Assembly (NCBI GenBank): GCA_015680685.1
Contig: MNCI01000651.1
Location: forward strand, 1,727,832 to 1,791,831
Direction: 5' to 3'
DNA: 64,000 bases
Source: Gnetum montanum
Taxonomy: Eukaryota; Plantae; Gnetophyta
Shown here piece after piece: positions 24,650 through 39,247 of the stretch. The position numbers were made by a program, and so were the translations under genes. The notes under the pieces are model-generated. The model saw nothing but the letters and a program-made list of their open reading frames with translations. It was not told where the DNA came from and searched no databases. Positions within the stretch are counted from its first letter, which is position 1, and each line of letters starts with the position of its first letter.

Positions 24650-27600
24650 GATAGGATAAGGTCTTATCTACATGTCTTTATAGAGAACAGTAAGTCACCA
24701 TTCATCAAGAGGTTTGGTAAAAGCATGTGCAAGTTGATTTTTTGTTCCAATGAATTCTAGTTTTACATGTCCAAGTTGAGTCTGTTTTTGTATAAAGTGA
24801 TGATGAATTTTGATCTATTTTGTACAAGAATGTTGGATAGGATTCTTGTTCATATTGATGGCATTACTGTTGTCATAATAAATTGGTGTAGATTGGAGTT
24901 TTACCCCTAAATATTTAAGTGTTTAATTCATCCATATAATTTGTGCATAACAACTTCCAGCTAAAATGTACTTAGCTTCTATCATAGAGAGTGCTTTAGA
25001 AGATTTCATTTTCATTGGCCAAGAGATAAGACTCTTTCCTAGGAAAAAGTAATTTTCACTTGTGCTTCTACAATCATCTAAATAACTTGTCCAATCTACA
25101 TCATAATATCCAACAAGATTAAGTGGGGAATCATTTCGATACCAAAGTTTCCAATTAGCAATACCGTTTAGATAATGAAAAATATGTTTAATAGCTTTTA
25201 AATGGGATTCTTTAGGATTTGCCTGATATCTTGGAAAAATTCCTATACTTAATGCTATATCTGGTATAGTCATAGTTAAACAAAGTAGGCTACCTATCAT
25301 ACCTCTATAAAGCTTGAGATCAATAGGTTTTCTTGATCATCTTTAGTGAGCTTAAAGTTTTCTGCCATAGGAGTGTTTTTTACCTTTACTTTTGTCAAGT
25401 TGAATTTGAGTAGTAGATCCTTGATATACTTAGTTTGACAAATAAAGGTTTTTTTTTTGTCTAATTGCTTTGAAAACCAAGAAAGTTGTTAAGCTCTTCC
25501 ATTATGCTCATTTCAAATTCTGATTGCATAAGATCTAAAAAAGTCTACATAGAATATCATTATTTTCATCAAAGATAATATTATCAACATAGATTTGAAG
25601 AATAAGTAAACCATTAAATTATCACTTGAAAAATAAAGTGACATTAGCCCTACCTCTTTCAAAGCCACTAGATGTAAGGTGTTGGGAAAGTCTTTCATAC
25701 CAAGCTCTAGGAGCTTATTTGAGCTCATAGAGAGCCTTCTTGAGATGATCAGGATTACTAGGATCTATAAATCCTTCAAGTTGTTCAACATATATCTCTT
25801 CTTAAATGGTCCCATTTAGAAAGGCACTTTTCACATCCATTTGATATAGCTTGATGTTTTCAGTGCTAGCATATGCCAAAAGAAGTCTAACAAATTCAAG
25901 TCTTGCAACAAGAGAAAACATTTCCTCAAAGTCAATTCCTTCTTGTTGATTATATCCTATTGCAACTAGTCTAGCTATATATTTAATGATATTCCCATTT
26001 TCATCTATTTTATTCCTAAAAACCTAGTTCGTGCTAATAATTGGTTTATGATTTGGCTTAGGTGTCAATTCCCATACATCATTCCTACTGAATTGATTAT
26101 GTTCATCTTGCATAGTAGAAATCCATTCTTCTTCTTCTTCTTCTACTTCTTTGAAGTTATTGGATTCTAGTTGTGAAAAATACTAAGTATAAGCACAAAT
26201 TTTCTTAGTTTGGCTTCTAGTGCTAATTCCATCTTGTACATGTCCAATTACATCATTAAGAGAGTGTTTTCTACTAAGTCTAGGTATTTTAGGTAGAATT
26301 AATGATATGTCCTCATTTTTATTCTAATTCTCTTCCTCATGTTTACTATCTACTTCTGAATTTTTATCAATTTGAACTTGGAAGGTACTAGATAATTTTT
26401 GAATGTAAACTACTTCATAGTCAAATTATGGAGAAGTAATGTCACTATAATCAAATTTAACATTTATAATTTCTTCTACAACAGTTGTTCTTTTTTTGAA
26501 GACTCTATATGCTCTACTAAGAGAAGAATATCCTAAGAAAATTCATTCATCAGTTTTAGGATCAATTTTTCTTGAGACATATTTATCATTAGGAATATAG
26601 CATTTAGAACCAAAAACATAAAAATAACCAATGAAAGGTTTTATACCAGTCCATAATTCATAGGGAGTTTGGTAAATTTGCTTACCAAAACTTTGTTGGA
26701 GACATAGCATGCAGTGTTAATTGCTTTAGCCTAAAAAGGGTAAGGGAGATTTTTTTCATTCAATATGGTTCTCTCCATTTCATTCAAGATCCTATTCTTT
26801 CTTTAGGCTACACCATTTTGGTAAGGAGTCCTTGAAGTAGAGAATTTATGAATAATGTCATTCATTTGATAATATTTTTCAAATTTAGCATTTTTGAATT
26901 CTACTCCATTTTCACTCCTGATGAATTTGATACCATAGCCTTTTTCTTTCTGAATTTGATTACAAATTCTTGAGAAATGATCAAATACTTCATCCTTGTG
27001 ATATAAAAATGCAACCCAAGTAAAATGAGAGTAGTCATCAAAAATGGTTAGAAAACACATTTTCTTTCTCAAACTAAGTGTTTGAGAAGGACCAACTAGA
27101 TTCATGTGAAGTAAATATAAGGAATGAGAGGTAGAGATGTAGTTTTTCTTACAAAACCTTACCCTTATTTGCTTTTCCTTTTGTCATGCTTCACAAGTGT
27201 TCAAATTGAATTCTTTGAGTTTGAGCAATCCAAAAATCATTTTCTTTGTCACCAAAGTATGAATAATTTCATTGTTTATGTGGCCCAACTTCCTATCACA
27301 TACAAGCATCATATATATTATTGATCAAGCACTTGGATTGTAGGTTAGAGTTGTCTTCAAATACACTGTTGTAAACATTTGCCTTTCTAACTCCTTCTAT
27401 AATAATGATTCTAGAGGTTAAATCTTTTATTCTCCAAGTTTCTTTTGAGAAAGTAACATCAAAATTTAAATCACAAAGTTAACTAACATTGAGAAGATTA
27501 TGCTTTAAACCTTTAACAGAGAGAATTTTATTTACAGTAGGTTGTCCCTTACATTTCCCTCCTATGGTACCAATACCTATTATAGGAACTTCCATGCCAT

Positions 27601-27900
27601 CCTCAAATGTGATGGTTCCATAATTTGGTTATGAAAAATGTATGAATTAGGATTTATCTCTTGTCATATGTCTTGAATAATTTCTATCAATATACCATGT
27701 GCTTCTTTTGACTACAAAGAAAGCAACTTGAGCCATCATGTTTTGTTTGGGTTTCCTCTCTTTTTACTTCCAAACTTTCCTTCCCTACAAAGCATCTTGT
27801 CTAGGCTAGTTTTGAAAAGACCAAGTGTAATGTTTCATCCAAAGATATCAATAAGCCTAAAAATGTCCAAATTTTCCATAATAAAAATAATTTAAAGTCT
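24650..27900 (-). pseudogene. pol: copia pol (PR-INT-RT-RNase H), disrupted
   Basis: WYIDRNYSRHMT (~27665-27700); integrase ORF 26803-27105; RT QMDVKSAFLNG (~25815-25845); ORF 24923-25300 MIGSLLCLT...YQANPKESHL. Confidence 0.93.
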
Positions 27901-28536
27901 TAAATCTTATTATATTACCAAACCTAGAATCACTTCCTTCTAAATAAACTTTGATGTATGCATCTTTTTGCTCTTGGTCTTTGGGATTTTCTAAAAATTT
28001 CTTATTCATCTACTCAATTACCTTCATTAGTATTTAAATCTTAAATGTTAGGTCTGATTTTTCTTTCTTAATATAGGAACATTCATCATTGAGAGTTGCA
28101 ATCTTTGTCTCTTTGTCATGTAATATTTCTTTCATTTTAAAGCATAGACTTTGAAAAGAAATAATTTCATTGCAAAGAAACTTATACATTTATTTTAAGG
28201 AGTTTTCATCTTGTTTATGATAACATCTATGATTATTTGGAATTCTTTTCTTGTCCAAATTTTCATAGATATTATTGGACCTACACTTATAGTCTCTTTT
28301 GGAGGCCATATGGTCTCTTCTATTACATATTTAACTAAAGGTAGATGAGTGAATAAAAATATTACCTTTACTAATGCAGAAAAGTAATTGAATACAACTC
28401 TTAAAGAAGAAATTGATGAAGAATATCAGTCTATTTGTCCAATTGAATTTAATAGCTACTGATGATTTGATGTTAGTTGCCCCATCCATGTTTGCATTGA
28501 GTTATCTATGTGAGATTACTGAGCTTTGATACCACA

Positions 28537-29548
28537 TGAAGATTGAGAGCTTAGAAGGAGGGTTGAATAGGTTTCCCAATTAAAATTACACTAGCCACAT
28601 GAGCACACCAAATTTTACTTGGTTTTCTAACTTGGATATGTCCACATTTAGAGGGTAGAAACTACGCACACCTTCAAACTTTGTTTCTTCGAAAATGTGA
28701 TTTGAAGGTAACCACACAATGTAGAAGCTTTGAGCTCTTCTCTAGAGTGTTTCATCACTACAAAAAAACTCAATCTTAAAAGGTCATAGTAAGCTAAGTA
28801 TGTGATTTCAAGGATCCCACAACCTTTAAAAAATTGAGCTCCAGTCCAGAGTGTTTTGATGCCATAAACTCACTCAATCCTATAGGATCTTGACAAGCTT
28901 AACATGGATGTCTTCTCACAAGAATCACATCAATCCTATAGGGCTACAAGAAAGAGAGAGAAAAGAACAAGGAAAAAATGTAATTAAATTTATATGTCCT
29001 TGTACTTGAAGCTCAATAAAAATTACAATCAAGCCAATGATGTTTCAATGAGGAGCAAGAATAGAATTGCATAGAATAGACAATGGTAGATTTTTTATGA
29101 ATAGATACTTGCACAATTACCAATACTTTGACATCATCTTATAGCCTTGGAGTTTTTAAAAACTCAGAATTCTTACAATGGCTACCAAATAGCTAGTGTA
29201 GACATCTACTTCAAAATTGGGATGTATAACTGGGGATTCCCTTGATGCAGGTGAGACATCTTTCTAGTAGGTGGGATGTATATAGTGAGACATCTATTGT
29301 TGGAGATAAATGTATGGTATTTTTTTAAACATGTCTCCTCATCTTTAAAATTTTATCTTATGAGGCTTTCTTCTTTAAATTTGTAGAAGTCCTTTGAGCA
29401 TCTTCATTTGACTTGTAGACTTTATTTTCATCCATGCTCTCATCTTGCACATGTCATTTTCATTTTGACATGTTGTCATAGATCTCATTTCCTTGAGTTC
29501 TTAGATATAATTGTGAAGTTCTTGTTCATGTCCTGCAAAATCATCATC
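28537..29548 (-). repeat. 5' LTR of SIRE-2
   Basis: TG...CA termini; adjacent PBS; followed by the TSD. Confidence 0.9.
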
Positions 29549-30042
29549 CACCACAGACATTCTAAATTCTCCATTTTCCTTAAGGTTTTGACATACCAAA
29601 GGTGAACATACTTTAACATACTTTATGCTTTAAACAAATCATACTTATTCTACTTTTACTAATGAACATGATAATGGTAAATGACATGAAAAAATGTAAA
29701 TGATATTAGAAAGTAAATCTATTTTATATGAGATGCTACAATGATGAAGAAAAATATCAATATTTATTATCATTTATGAATTATTTCTAAGAATAATCCA
29801 CTCGACTAAAGATATAATGCAACTGTAATTCATCATACTACAGGCATTCATAGTTAACTCTAACTTCAAGAAAACAAACTATAGGAATTTTGCTAAGTTC
29901 TGGTAAAACATCATTCATTAACATAATGGTGGCTTAAATTGATAGGAATGACCATGACCCGCTATATCATATCTATGGCATTGTATACTAAGCTACGATA
30001 TCACATCTATAATATCATAGTTTCCTATAAAATATGTCATCA

Positions 30043-32940
30043 CTTTCTAATACATGAAAGGAAATTCACCAATTCAAAGTTGGTGGGATGTCAACAAATT
30101 TTGCTACTATGATGAAGTTGTAGGTCATGATACAAATGACTACAATGCACTTAAAGATGACATCCAAGATTTGATTGAAAAATATGGAATGGTCTTCGAT
30201 ACTCTTAGCCAACCTAACAATCAAGTGTTTGTATTTCATCTTAAGCATAAAGGAAATCATTTGAAAATCCTATATTTCATCCACATGAGTCGCTCTTAAA
30301 ATAATCCTCCTAAGTTTAAGAAACCTTTTATCATCAAACTCATTACGAAAAACTCATTCACTCTAGCTACCCAAAAGATATGAAGAGATTCTTTTATCAT
30401 AGATCATACATAATCATTTAATACTCCTCTAAATTCAAAATTCTCCTTTGCCTACTTCATCTTCTCCATTGCTTTCCTTATCACCATCAATTTCACAAGA
30501 ATCATTGTTGCTTCCTATACCTATTCATGTAGTTTGCATCCTTACCCAAGGACAGAAAAGGTCACACATAACAAAGGGAAATGAAAAAACAAGTTAATAG
30601 GTAATATTTCCCACTATGAAGAAAGAAAACTACATCTATGACTATAATAGCTACTTCAACTCCTTCATTAATAATAGTCCCTTCAATGCCCTTACCTTAT
30701 GAGGATTTCACATCAAAGAATCATGCTTTGCCTCAAATTGTTGTAGTAATAAAATCAAAGAGACAAATATTTCTCTCTTTAACCTCATTTACACATCCAA
30801 AAAGCATTGTTTAGCATTGGATGAGCTTATTAGGTTAATCACTATGCTTGTAGACATCTAGTTTCATGTTCAAGCTATCTCATTAGTGCTTAGTAATCCA
30901 AGGTGTCAAGTAGACTACTTGGTGTTCAAAGGTAAAAATATTAAAATTTATCTTATCATGGGTGTTGTGTGCTTGCTTACCATTTACATAATGATGCAAA
31001 TTAGAGACAACATGTTACTCTCACTCATGCACATAGACAATATAGCTAGATCAATTGTCATTTCATGGATTTTTATTAAGTATCTTAGTCTAAAAAATAA
31101 GTAACATATTCCAATTGAAACTCTACTATAATTTCATTTAGTAGAACCAGAGTAGAGATCTTAGACTTGATCAAATTACCTTTCCTAGTAGAAAAGTGTA
31201 TTGCATTAGAAACAACTTTTTTTAGGTGATTAGAAACTCCTTAGGAATACATGCTATCTTTGGAAGGCCTTGGTTAGGTTACCATCATGTGGTTTTCTCA
31301 ATTATTCATCAAGATATACACTTTTCATGCAAGGATAAGGAAGTGATTATTTGTGCCAATCCTAAAGTCCCTATCATATTCCATGTAGACATCCTATATA
31401 AAAATATGCTAGGATTCCAACCCATTACATGGATCAAATGTCATCGTTGCAAGAAATCAATGAGTCCAATATTAGCATCCCGTGGTCTTCTAATCCTTAT
31501 AGACTAGACATTGTACACTTTAGGCTTTAATGAACTAGACATCATTGAATCCATTAGAAGCATTAAGGATCCTACCTATTCATAACCTAAGAAAATCATT
31601 GCTAATATATCTCCTCCTAGAAAATTATATGATGTTTACCTTATCATATTCATGCATTTAATTCTTCTTCTGGCTTTAGCAAAATTTCTATGTTATCTCA
31701 TTTAAATTGCTTTACACTATTTTATCTTGCATTTTATAACTTTTCTATTAGCTTTAACTTTGAACATTATGTTCAGATACGATGTTATTTTGTTTTCTAA
31801 CTATAAAAAAACTCAAAAATATCATAACTATAGAAAACCATTAAGACATAAACACATAAAAAACAATGTCCATATGCAATAGTTCCTTGTACCATAGTTC
31901 TCAATATTCAAAACATCTATAAAAATATATATCATATAAAACACATCATCCATAAAAAACATAGCCAAAATTATCTTACTACTCTATTTTATCCTCTTTT
32001 TTCTTTCACAAGTATCAGTTCTTTAGTTCATGTGGCTTCCATCTATCTTTTCTCTATTTATATATCATGCATTCATCATCATTTCCTAATCCTATGAGTA
32101 ATTTAACCCTTTATCAACCATAAACCTAATCATCATCATCCTACCTATCACAAGCCATTATCAAGCTTAACCACCATTAAGTCAAAGCACTTCATCTATA
32201 CCCAATTGAGGATAGTCTAGCTAGGGGTACAATGTTATCTATAATTAACATTTAGAATCATCATGGAGCTACAAAACATTACTAGTTTCAAATTATTTAA
32301 AAATCAACAATAGAGATCAAGCATCATTGAATTTGCTCCAACTCTTTTCTCATTTTATCTATATTTTATTGCATCACTTTTAGTTTTCTTCTTATCTTAC
32401 TTGTCCTCTCTTTTTCTTTCTTTGTTTCTATTTTTGGGTATTTACTTCAAACATTCTCATGAAATTTCATCTATCTCCCCTAATCCCTCATTGCTTCACT
32501 CTACTAATATTTCTCCTTATTAGAACACTATAGTGAGAATTTTTATTAGTGATCTACATCATGAAGAGAGTAATGAGTGTTTTGTTATTTTTACCTTATG
32601 TGAGAATGTGTTAAGTTAGAGTAGGATAGAGAGGGAATTTATTAATTTATCAGCATTAACAATCATTAGAGTGTGGGATCTAGCCATGTCCCACTTTTGT
32701 GGAATAACATCTTATCTTGGTGTCTAGGCAATGTCCATAATTTATCCCCCATTTTATTAATTTTCTCTTTTTCCATCTCTCTACTTCATCTTCTTTATCT
32801 CATATTTATTCATTCTTCTTCTAACTTCCTTTTTCTCTCTCTTGTATTTTCCTCTCATCAATATGTCAGTAAGGACTAACCGATTCCCTTTTAATTTGGT
32901 AAGAATGTGTGATGAGCATGAGTGGGATAGGGTGTGAACA
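30043..32940 (+). mobile_element. Tat-like element Tat-4: gag C-terminus and protease, no RT/INT, PPT and probable 3' LTR (~32233-32940)
   Basis: KFCYYDEVVGHDTNDYNALKDDIQDLIE parallels the Tat-1 knuckle; IHAIFGRPWL...HQDIHFSCKDKEVII parallels the Tat-1 protease; AGGGGTACAA then TGTT at ~32223-32236. Confidence 0.65.
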
Positions 32941-34883
32941 TTATTAAATGAATCCCTGCAACCATCCTATGTGTAGGATCTAGACATATCCCCTTTCTAT
33001 GGTATAGCATTATCCTTATGATTGGTGTCGTAGAGATGTCATACCATACTCCTATTTTTGCACTTTTTTCTCCCCACTTTTCTTCTTGTAGGAACATTAA
33101 TCATCCTTCCATTCTCTTCTTTATGGATCCTCCTTTAGTACCCCCAATAGCATCCATTAAGAGGAGGCAATGTTATACCCACTTTTTCAGTTCATCATAG
33201 ATCAAGACTAAGTATCATCTTGACATTGTTCCATGTAGGTTGTAGCATCAAACATCCTAAATACATAATCATGAGGCATATACTTAGCTCCTAAAAATCT
33301 CTAAGGATCATTTGAATTTATAATATGGCTTATGAACATCATTGTTCATACTCTAGAAAAACTACAAAATCAAAAGTTTTCTAAGCGTTGGAGGTGATGT
33401 GCATTTTTAGTTAATCTCTCTTGGACACTAAAAGATAAAAAATCCCAAAAAAACTTTATAAGATATCTATTTTTAGAGATCACTAGTGATTATTTGGGAT
33501 CATATTTCAATATTTGGATCTTAATTTTGATGATTTTGGAAAATGTCATGAAAATGTATAAAAACGTTTTCTAAATTAGAATTAAAATTGTAGGTCTATA
33601 AATAAAAGTTCAAAATGAAATTGTATTGGTTGGTTTTTTTTAATATTTAAGAGTACTTGTTAGATTTCAAAAGATTAAAAGTATGAGCACCTACCATCAT
33701 TGTAGCACTTGCATGCTCCAGGACCACCTTAGTGTCACTTTTAGAGATAGAATTTTAAGGATTCTATAGCACATTCCAAAGTTGAAAAATTTTAGCTCTA
33801 GTATTAGTAATGGGACCCTTAGACAAAATAGCCCTATTCTAGCCTAAAATTGATTTGGGATCATATTTACAACTTTCCCATCCACATCTTAATCCTCCAA
33901 AGGTCCAATTCCATTCTTAAAATCCATATTTCTCTCAAGATTCAAACTTTTATAATTAGCTCCGAATCACTTTCATTTTTTATTTATCACTTGTAGTTTT
34001 GACCCTCCATAGGAGATGAATACTTTGTTTCTCATTAATGAGGTATTTTATTATTTGAAAAGGGATGCGAGATACTTTCTCCCATATCATAGTCTTAATA
34101 TTTTAATATTTTATGCTTTTATAATTAGATTTAATTCTTAGTTTTTATTCTATCGCTCATAGTCTATTCCTTAGTGTATTCTTTGGCAGTTTATACTTAA
34201 TCATTTTTAGTGATTTACGCTTATTATTTTTAGCATTAAAATTTTACTTTTCCATAATTTTACTGCCATTATAAGTTTGTGTGTGATAGGCTGAGTTTAT
34301 ATTTAATTAGAGGTACTTTATCCCTTCATTTTATAATTATTGATATATTAAATATTACATCAATTTAAAGACCATTTATAATACACTATGTGTTTTTCCA
34401 ATTGATCCATGGAGGTTTCCTTATAGGAGTGTGAAGAATATTTCTATAGGAACAGTTGGAAAGTCCCAAGATATCAAGTAGAAGATGGTAAAATCTTTAA
34501 TATTCATAGTCACATATTTTTAGTGGTTATTCCAAAAGATATACATATCACTAAAGTATCATTCTTCATTAGTTGATATGATGGACCATAGTGGTAATTC
34601 TTATAGTTGTTCTTGGATCTCCTAGGAAGTGAACTCCATGAAGGATCCAAAGTTTGACTCTTATAGGATAAAGCTATGGATTTTCTTCTTATCGTCTTTA
34701 TGTAGAACTTTGTTAATGTGACTTCTAGGCTTCATCTAGGTCTAGGAATTTTTTCCTACTTATAATCTTCTATTTTTGTAGTGGTAATCTACCTAATAGA
34801 TTCCACTTTGGGCTCTATGGGCCTAGTTTTGTGTATGACTTATTTTCCTAGTCTTGGTTACCAACATCTTTGTTTGCATCCTA

Positions 34884-35971
34884 TGTGGGCTAAGAACTTA
34901 GAAGGGGGGTTGAATAAGTTCCCTAATTAAAAATGCACTAGCCTTAAAAAGATACCAATTCTACATGGTTCTCCAACTTGGGTACATCTACACTTGGAGG
35001 GCAGAATCCATGCACACCTCCAGACTTTGTTTCTTCAAAAATGTGGTTTGAAGGGCATGACTTCTTATATAAGCTTTAAGCTCTGCTTTGGAATGTTTCA
35101 TTGCTGTGAAACCACTAAACCTTGCAAGGTCTCAACAAGCTCAAAATGTGATTTAGAGGATCCCCTAACCTTTACAAAATTGAGCTTCAATTTAAAGTGT
35201 TTTGACAGTACAAAACTACTCAATCCCTCATGATCCTGACAAGCTCAATAATGATGTCTTCTCACAAGAAGCACATCAACCTTGTAGGGCTACAAGAAAG
35301 AATGAAAAGAAAAAGGAAATAGTGTAACAAAATTTATAGATCCTTGTACTTACGGCTTAGTAGAATCACAATCAAGAAAATTATATTACAATGAAGAGCA
35401 ATAATAAAATTGCTTAGAATAGGCAATGATAGAACTTTGTGTGAATAGTGCTTGCATAATTCCCAAGAATTTGACATTATCTTATAGCCTTGAAGTTTTC
35501 AAAAATTCCTCAAATTTCATGCAATAGCTACCAAATGGCTAGTGTAGATGTCTGCTTTGAAGTTTATATGTCTATTTAAGATAGCCCTCAATGAAGAAGA
35601 GATGTCTACTTGAAAGTGAGAGGTCTATTGTGAAAATCTTACCATAGACATATACTATGAAATATAGATGTATGTTATTTTCTAAAGACATCTACTCCAC
35701 TTTTATACTTTTAAGTCTAAGATATTCTCTTATCAATTGTCTTCTTGGAAGTCCTTGGAATACCTTAGTTTGATTTGTAGACTCCATTTTCATCCATGAT
35801 CTCATCTTGCCCATGTAGTCTTTGTTTTGACATGTTGACATAGATCTCATTTTCTTGAATTCTCATATCTTTTTGTGAAGTTCTTGTTCATGCCTTGAAA
35901 AATCACAATCACACACACACATTCTATATTCTCAATTTTTATAAAGGTTTTGATATAACAAAAGGTCAACA
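34884..35971 (-). repeat. 3' LTR of SIRE-3
   Basis: TG...CA termini; direct repeat of 39248-40333. Confidence 0.9.
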
Positions 35972-37519
35972 ATCACCTCCTTTTTGGTGATGCTCAAAAC
36001 TTAAGAAAATGGGATAGTATATTCCAAAAATTTATTGAGCTAGGTATGATGAGATATGAATGACTATGAAAATATGCATCCTTAATTCAACACAAATCCA
36101 TCAATCATAAGGAGATACATGTGAACTTTGAATAAAGCCATTTATGATAAAAGGCTAAGCAATGAAGATTTATTATCTTGTCTCTATACCATTCACTATA
36201 CAGAAAGCATTAATAAGCATCGATAATATCATAAGGTCATAATTGTTCAAGATATTCACGAGTTATTATTATCATTCAATGTCCATGTTTCACATGACTC
36301 TTTATATCAGAATTATGTCACAAGTTACAAAATTCTCACCCTTTTTAGACATCAAAAAGTAACTTGGGCCTTACTACAAACAATTAGAATAAAAGATTAA
36401 AAATAAGAGAGATCAAAAGATTGTTAAAGATAACATCAAGAAACATTATAAAATATTCATCTAAGCTAAAGCTCTTAGATTTTTCTCATCACATTTTCAT
36501 ATTTAAAAGATAGACATAGTAATTTCATGTCAAGGAGAATAAGTATATATACATCCAACTTTTAAGCTATAGATTAAATTCTAGAAATAGATCGAGAGAT
36601 CAAACAAAGAAAATTGTAAGAAAGATGTTCATAAAGTAGTATTCATGTATATCTCAAGGAAGCTTAAAATATCTCACAACTGATTTTCAAAATTTCCTAA
36701 GAAGCTTTATCACAGAAAAGTGTTAGTACCTTTTCTTACACTAGTATGCTTGAGATGTCCTACGTAAGAATTGTTTAGCTCATATCAACATTAAGGGACT
36801 TAAATACTTAAAAGAATACATTCTTAGTACATATGAGATGCAACATAAATATCTTATCATAGTGATATAACAAATGAATTCTCAAATCTTGCCCAATTGA
36901 AGAATTTAGATAAAATATTTTTAAGAACTTGTTCTTTTACCTTCAATTTTTTTCTAGATGAATATGATTTTTGTTACCTATTAGAGGTTGGTCATCTCTT
37001 GAAGAAAATCTTCCATAGACTCCCCTTACATTGATGCTCCAAAATATTTTATGAGGAGCAAGCTCTCCCTACATGTGTGCCTTAGCTTCTTAATTCATTA
37101 GTTGTGAGGAGAATGTCAATATCCCCTTTGACTCTTTTAAGATTTGCATGGTACTTGATTAAAATCTTGATTTTTCAAGAATATAGAATAAACTAGAAAT
37201 GTTTATAGAAAAACATTAATGCTTATAGTAAAGAAAATTAGTAGGTACAAATCATAATAATCTTTAATTTTTGTATTACTTAATCATCCAATCATGGCTC
37301 ATCTTGTCATTTTACTTCAAGGGTATCTGCAATGGTAGTCTAATTATCTCTCATGATCATCAAAGAAAATATATCTTGATCATCCAATGTATGATATTGT
37401 AGAAAAGGATTTCAAATAAAAATCAAGGTAGTCTAATTATCTCTCATGTTCTATATTATCTCTCATGATCTCTTTTGTTATGATCTCTCATGATCTCTTT
37501 TGTTAGTGTCCTCAATCTT

Positions 37520-39191
37520 GTATGGGATGCCTTCTTGTCTAGATTCATGGTCCTCAAGATAGGAGGATTCATAATTTTTTATAGTTAATGGTTTGGATTC
37601 GTTCAATATTTTTGAAGTTTCTTTAGCTTTTTTTTTCATTCATTTTCTATCCTACAAGATACACTCACTAGATTCCTTTTAACAAGACCAAGTATTTACT
37701 TTATTTTTTTCTATGTGAAGATTATAATAATATTTTTTATGACCACAATTTTTACAAGAATATAAAGTGTTTCTTACATGAATAGGATCATCAAACTTAA
37801 TTTCATTTGAGACTGAACTAGTGCAAGTATCCTTTTAAGAGGTTTCTTCCAAGCTTTCACTTTCATGCTAATTTTTAGTCTTTTCCTTATTTTCACTGAT
37901 CCTTTCTTCTTGATTATCCCTGCATTTCTTTTCATTTGAAGGGGTTAGTAGTTGAATCTTAGCTTTTATGTCTAAGATTTCCATTTTTAACTTGTAGGAT
38001 AAGGTATAAATTTTAGAAATTTTCTTTGCATATTTTTCTTTACCTTTTTTAATAGATAATGTAAGATAAAAATTTCTTCATGTAACTCATTGTACCTTTC
38101 ATCATGTTTACCTATTAATTAATTAGATATTTTTTATGAATCTTCATTTGTGAAGACCATACATATGAGATGTGAGTCTTTCGTAGTGTCATCAACCTCT
38201 TTTTCACTTTGTTCTTCATCATCCTAGCTAGTGTAGAAGTTTGACGTTTTTGTATCTACAATCTTATCTCTTCATTGCAACTTGGTAGTGCTAGGACATT
38301 TAGATGCCACATGGCCTCTTCCACAACATACCCAACATTCTATGGAAAATGTATCAAAATTTAAATTTTTAGGATTTTTACCTTTTTCCTTAACTTTGGA
38401 TTGATTTGGTCCTAGATGGTTGAAGCTTCTTCCTTTCCTTGCAAGGAGTCTTTGAACTCTACTTGATAGAAGAGTTATTTCATCTTCATTATTCATTTCT
38501 TATTCAACTTGCTTCTTTTATTTTGATGCTAATTTTAGAGCAATATATTTTTCCTTAATTGCTCCTTTACTTATGAGATTCATCTCATAAGCAGTTAGAG
38601 CACTTTGAAGCTCTTCAATTTAAGGATGGAAAAATCTCTGATTTCTTCAATACCTATGATATTAGGTCTGAACTTGGGTTGTAGTGTTCTAATCATTTTT
38701 ATAATTACATCACTTTCAGGAAAGTCCTTGCCTATATCCCTAATTGCTATAATAAGATCATTTTCCCTAGAAAAATAATCCTTAATCATTTTACCTTTCT
38801 TCATTTTAAGTTATTCATATTCACTTTGCAAAAATAACAATTTTGATTATTTAACTATAGATGTTCCCTCATAGATAGCCTCTAAGCTTTTCCATATTTC
38901 CTTAGTAATATTACATCTAGTTATTCTATTAAATTCAAATTTATTTGATGCACAATATAAACAATTTTTGGCTTTAGAATCATGCATAAACTTATATTTT
39001 TCTTTAGTTGTCCATTTGTTCTATGACTTGAGAACTTTTTAGGTGTTGTCAATAGGTGGTGTCTAAACTTCAAGGATTGAGATACATTCTTCGAATTCCA
39101 TGAAATCAAAGAAGCCTTGCATCCTTACCTTTCAATATGAAAATTCAAACCCATCAAACATCAACGTCTTTATATAGGAAGTCCCCTCCAT
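37520..39191 (-). pseudogene. gag: full-length Sirevirus-type gag (UBN2-like capsid, CCHC knuckle, coiled-coil extension, degenerate second knuckle)
   Basis: MEGTSYIKTLMFDG start; KEIWKSLEAIYEGTSIVK; MKKGKMIKDYFSR...IRTLQPKF; CWVCCGRGHVASKC; YSCKNCGH at ~37750. Confidence 0.88.
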
Positions 39192-39247
39192 AATTCAGTC
39201 TTGAAAGTTGAAGCATAAACTTGAGAGTACTAGGATTTGATACCACT

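Larger units (their letters stand above)
23327..29548 (-). mobile_element. Sirevirus-like copia SIRE-2: both LTRs present, pol only (gag core missing)
   Basis: LTRs 23327-24417 and 28537-29548; TSD TACTT (23322-23326 and 29549-29553); PBS TGGTATCAAAGC at 28523-28534; PPT AAAAAGGGGGAAT at 24418-24430 plus a second PPT-like tract at ~24494-24508. Confidence 0.92.
21110..30042 (-). mobile_element. old Athila-like element C: gag remnant plus 5' LTR split by SIRE-2 (22909-23326 and 29554-30042); 3' part missing
   Basis: LTR begins TGATGAGTGG like elements A and B and ends TCATCA at 30042; degenerate Asp PBS at ~22889-22907. Confidence 0.75.

Noticed and set aside
32941-34380. Possible further repeat or DNA transposon
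   Set aside because: No termini, TSD or coding motif that I could support
34994-35233. Repeated small ORFs (also 39391-39603, 29408-29605, 40237-40452)
   Set aside because: They lie inside copia LTRs; the similarity reflects LTR homology and the frames are not kept across copies
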